A stretch of DNA of 64,000 nucleotides from Bugula neritina (taxonomy: Eukaryota; Animalia; Bryozoa): the NCBI GenBank assembly GCA_964035545.1, contig OZ037766.1, forward strand, positions 24,420,126 to 24,484,125, in the 5' to 3' direction. Numbering within the stretch: the first letter of the stretch is position 1; each line of letters opens with the position of its first letter. A program made the translations under genes and the position numbers. A model generated the notes under the pieces. It did no database searches and was not told the DNA's origin. It saw only the letters and a list, made by a program, of their open reading frames with translations. Positions 61,301 through 64,000 of the stretch are shown one piece after another.

Positions 61301-62254
61301 ATATAGACATGTTTCAACTCTCACTATTAAAATCAAAGTTCAAGTTATGTAATGAGAAATTATTGATAACAGGGTTGTGAGAAATTTTTGGCAGTTTTTG
61401 ATACAATGAAAATTTAATGTTTTTAATATTTGGCAAATGCATTGTCCACTCTGACATTGAGAATAACAAATTAATATTTGAGCAGAGGCTTACTGCAACT
61501 GGCTAACTGCACATGACTTGTTGATTTATAATCCTATTATCCCCGTAATGTGGCAGTCATCACCAAGCCTATCTATCAGTTGTACTGTTGTGCTGGCTTT
61601 AAAAGTGCCATTAGTCAAAAGTAGAAACATGAACATGGATCTTATTTATAACTCTGACAGCTTTTGACATGCTTTTATCAGTTGATGCAGTGCTGGTTTC
61701 CGCCTTAATTCAATAACTAGTTTTTCCCTTTTCCATTGTGTTGTGTTTAAGCCTAAAATGATTTGCTTTGTAATTGAATTTAAAGTTGCTTGTTAGTGTT
61801 GGCTCAAAGTGCTAGTTCTAATTTCGGATTGACCAGACGTATTGGAAGACATATAGTAGGTTGTGTTTTAGTTGGTTTTATCTTAAAAATCTTTTTCTTT
61901 GCATCTACATGTACTGCAATCTTTCCCTGTTTTCCTATTTTCTCTGCTAAGCATAGTGCCACTTTAGATGAATTTCCGCACTAGCAGCTGATGCAAATTG
62001 ATAATTTTAAGATAAAGTGCCCATTTTGATTTGATGCAATGAAAATGCTGAGCGGCAAGTACAGATTGTTTCTGTCCCTCCGTGACCTAGTTAGCTAATA
62101 ACTATTTAGCACACCGCTGTTCAGGGTTCAGTTTTACAATAATTATTCCATTCAACTATGCATTGTTTAGAATAGTGGGTGAGATTCAAAATATGCACTT
62201 TTTAGCAGATAAGTTTTTCTAATTTTTACCAAAACCAGTCTTTCATTATATTAG

Positions 62255-62698
62255 TTATCTTTTCCAAGCAGACGTAGCTATGGAAACAGCAGTATCGAAT
62301 GTATTATTGGCTAGTAAATCTCCAAGCTGACAATGCATTATGTGTGGCATGTAGCTCCCACAGTGTTTCCTCACACTGAAATGTGGTCTTATGCTAAGAA
62401 TTATTGCTACATGCAAAATCTTATTAGTTTTTTTCAACAGCCACAAATATTTGTTACTTCATCTTTCAACAGTTTGCCAAGCCATGCATGTCAGTGGTGA
62501 TTTATTTGACCATCCTATGTGCTCTGCACTGATTCTTGGGTGTAGAGTTGTTAGGATGGTTAGTCCATCAAATAACTTTTCACTGCTCCTTTAACAGTTG
62601 ATATAACAAACCATGTCACTGGTTCCAAAAGAGGTGGCAGTAATTAGGTAATTATAAGCAGCATTTGAAAAATAAACATTCAATGGTTCATGACCAAC
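62255..62698 (-). pseudogene. Probable decayed coding sequence of unknown origin
   Basis: One minus-strand frame of 148 codons has only two internal stops (VGHEPLNVYFSNAAYNYL...INC*RSSEKLFDGLTIL...VER*SNKYLWLL...SAWKR*), fewer than expected in AT-rich DNA. No family recognised. Confidence 0.35.
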
Positions 62699-63671
62699 AA
62701 TAAAAAAAACAATGCCCTAAGGCCTAAAGAGATACCATTTTCAATAGTGCCCACAGTAATTGCATCAGAGTTGCATGTAGTCTAACAACCACTTTGATGT
62801 GAACTTGCAGATTTTTGCTATAGCGTTTTTATATCTTTTTGTGTGAACATAGTGTGTAGAGTCACTAACTGTGCTTTATTTTGAACCTAAGGTTTAAAAT
62901 CGCTGCTGAGATGGTATGGGGATATCAAAAGCATTGAAATTAACCGACTGCTAAACAGGCAGTATTTTAGCTACTAGTTTATATACTAAATTTGCATAGT
63001 TGACTTATTGCGCTGGGTGTACTTTAAGACTACATATGACACAGTGCTGCAAACTATCAGAAATACCATGAGTTGAGTAGTGTTACATTCTACTGATGCT
63101 AACTCCAAACAAAACTCAGATTCACTTGACACCAGGTGGCAGTGAATAGAAAGCAGGTGGCCCCCTGCTAGTGTGCTATTGCCATTCCTTAAAATTCAAT
63201 ATGTTTCTAGCAACTTTTGGTTCATTGATTTTTACTCTACTATCAAATATGAAAATACGTGCAAACCTTGCTTGGCATGTTTTGGCTTAGACCTTAAGAA
63301 TGCTTGAATTCCATGTAGCTGCAATGGCCCAAGGCTATAGTAGTAAGCATTACTATGTATTCACATAGTTTTTGTGAAGTTTTCTTTGCAGTGCTAAATT
63401 TTCATATCAAATCAAAAGACATGGGTTATTAAAAGTTCTCATTGCCCAAGTTATTTACGAAACCAGCACTTCGTCTTGAGTAATAACTCATGCTGGTATA
63501 ATAACCATTCTTGTGTGGAAGTGGTAGTGGTAAAAGCTTTAGCACGGCCTTGCACTGTGAACACTGTGTACTCAACTTTATTCAGATTTTGCTACCAGGT
63601 TGTTTTTATCATTGTAAACTATTTGAATATGTTTTAGTGTAGAATGTAGGCTGTACATGGCCTAATGATAA

Positions 63672-63808
63672 ATGTGGATGAAAATGACAGCACCACTGAT
63701 GTCATTTGTTACCATCTCTCTCCTGTTGTTAGTAAGAATATCATCAGCAGTTGTTACATTTGACCTGCCAGTACCTGAGCGCAACCCCAGAGACTGCTCT
63801 AGTTACTG
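63672..63808 (+). CDS. Probable first coding exon of a secreted or membrane protein (continues beyond the window)
   Basis: MWMKMTAPLMSFVTISLLLLVRISSA-VVTFDLPVPERNPRDCSSY(W): hydrophobic signal-peptide-like N-terminus, an upstream acceptor TGTAG near 63649 and a strong donor TG|GTAAGC at 63808. Confidence 0.55.
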
Positions 63809-64000
63809 GTAAGCCTAACATTAGACTCCAGTGTTTTATATTTTATTTGTTTGTTTGCATATATTTCTACCACAGTAAATTTAAATATAAGTGATAATTT
63901 ATTAGCTATATACATGTATATCTGTGCCATGAATTGCCATTTGCTTTGCTAACTTCTATTTTAATATTTGAAGAAAAGCTGATTTAATGAGATTTCAGTG

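Overview
AT-rich, intron-containing animal (invertebrate-like) genomic DNA; the organism cannot be fixed from the sequence alone. I spliced the gene models by hand using GT-AG sites and reading-frame phase. They are: the 5' part of PCF11 (minus strand, 8 coding exons, runs off the left edge); complete EDF1/MBF1 (minus, 5 coding exons, 152 aa); BAG6 (plus, 22 exons, about 1063 aa, apparently ending just after the NLS with no BAG-similar domain); two tandem SLC10 Na+/bile-acid symporter paralogs (plus, 10 coding exons each); and a probable first coding exon of a secreted protein at the right edge. The non-coding highlights are: (1) two small elements inserted in (TA)n microsatellites that carry type I hammerhead ribozyme motifs, one of them a perfect 95-bp-arm palindrome with a hammerhead on each strand (Penelope-like/retrozyme-like); (2) a 51-copy 30-bp minisatellite that amplifies a BAG6 exon end together with its 5' splice site in frame, plus other repeats and a SINE target-site duplication that copy or abut splice sites; (3) 0.5-1.2 kb blocks of degenerate 6-bp-periodic (ANT-NNN)n sequence found beside inferred transcription starts; (4) a candidate intronic poly(A) site in PCF11 intron 1. 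Also present are a solo LTR, tRNA-derived SINEs, MITEs, a 2.6-kb non-autonomous DNA transposon and a probable decayed ORF. Most ORFs in the supplied track are exon fragments, repeat read-throughs or noise.
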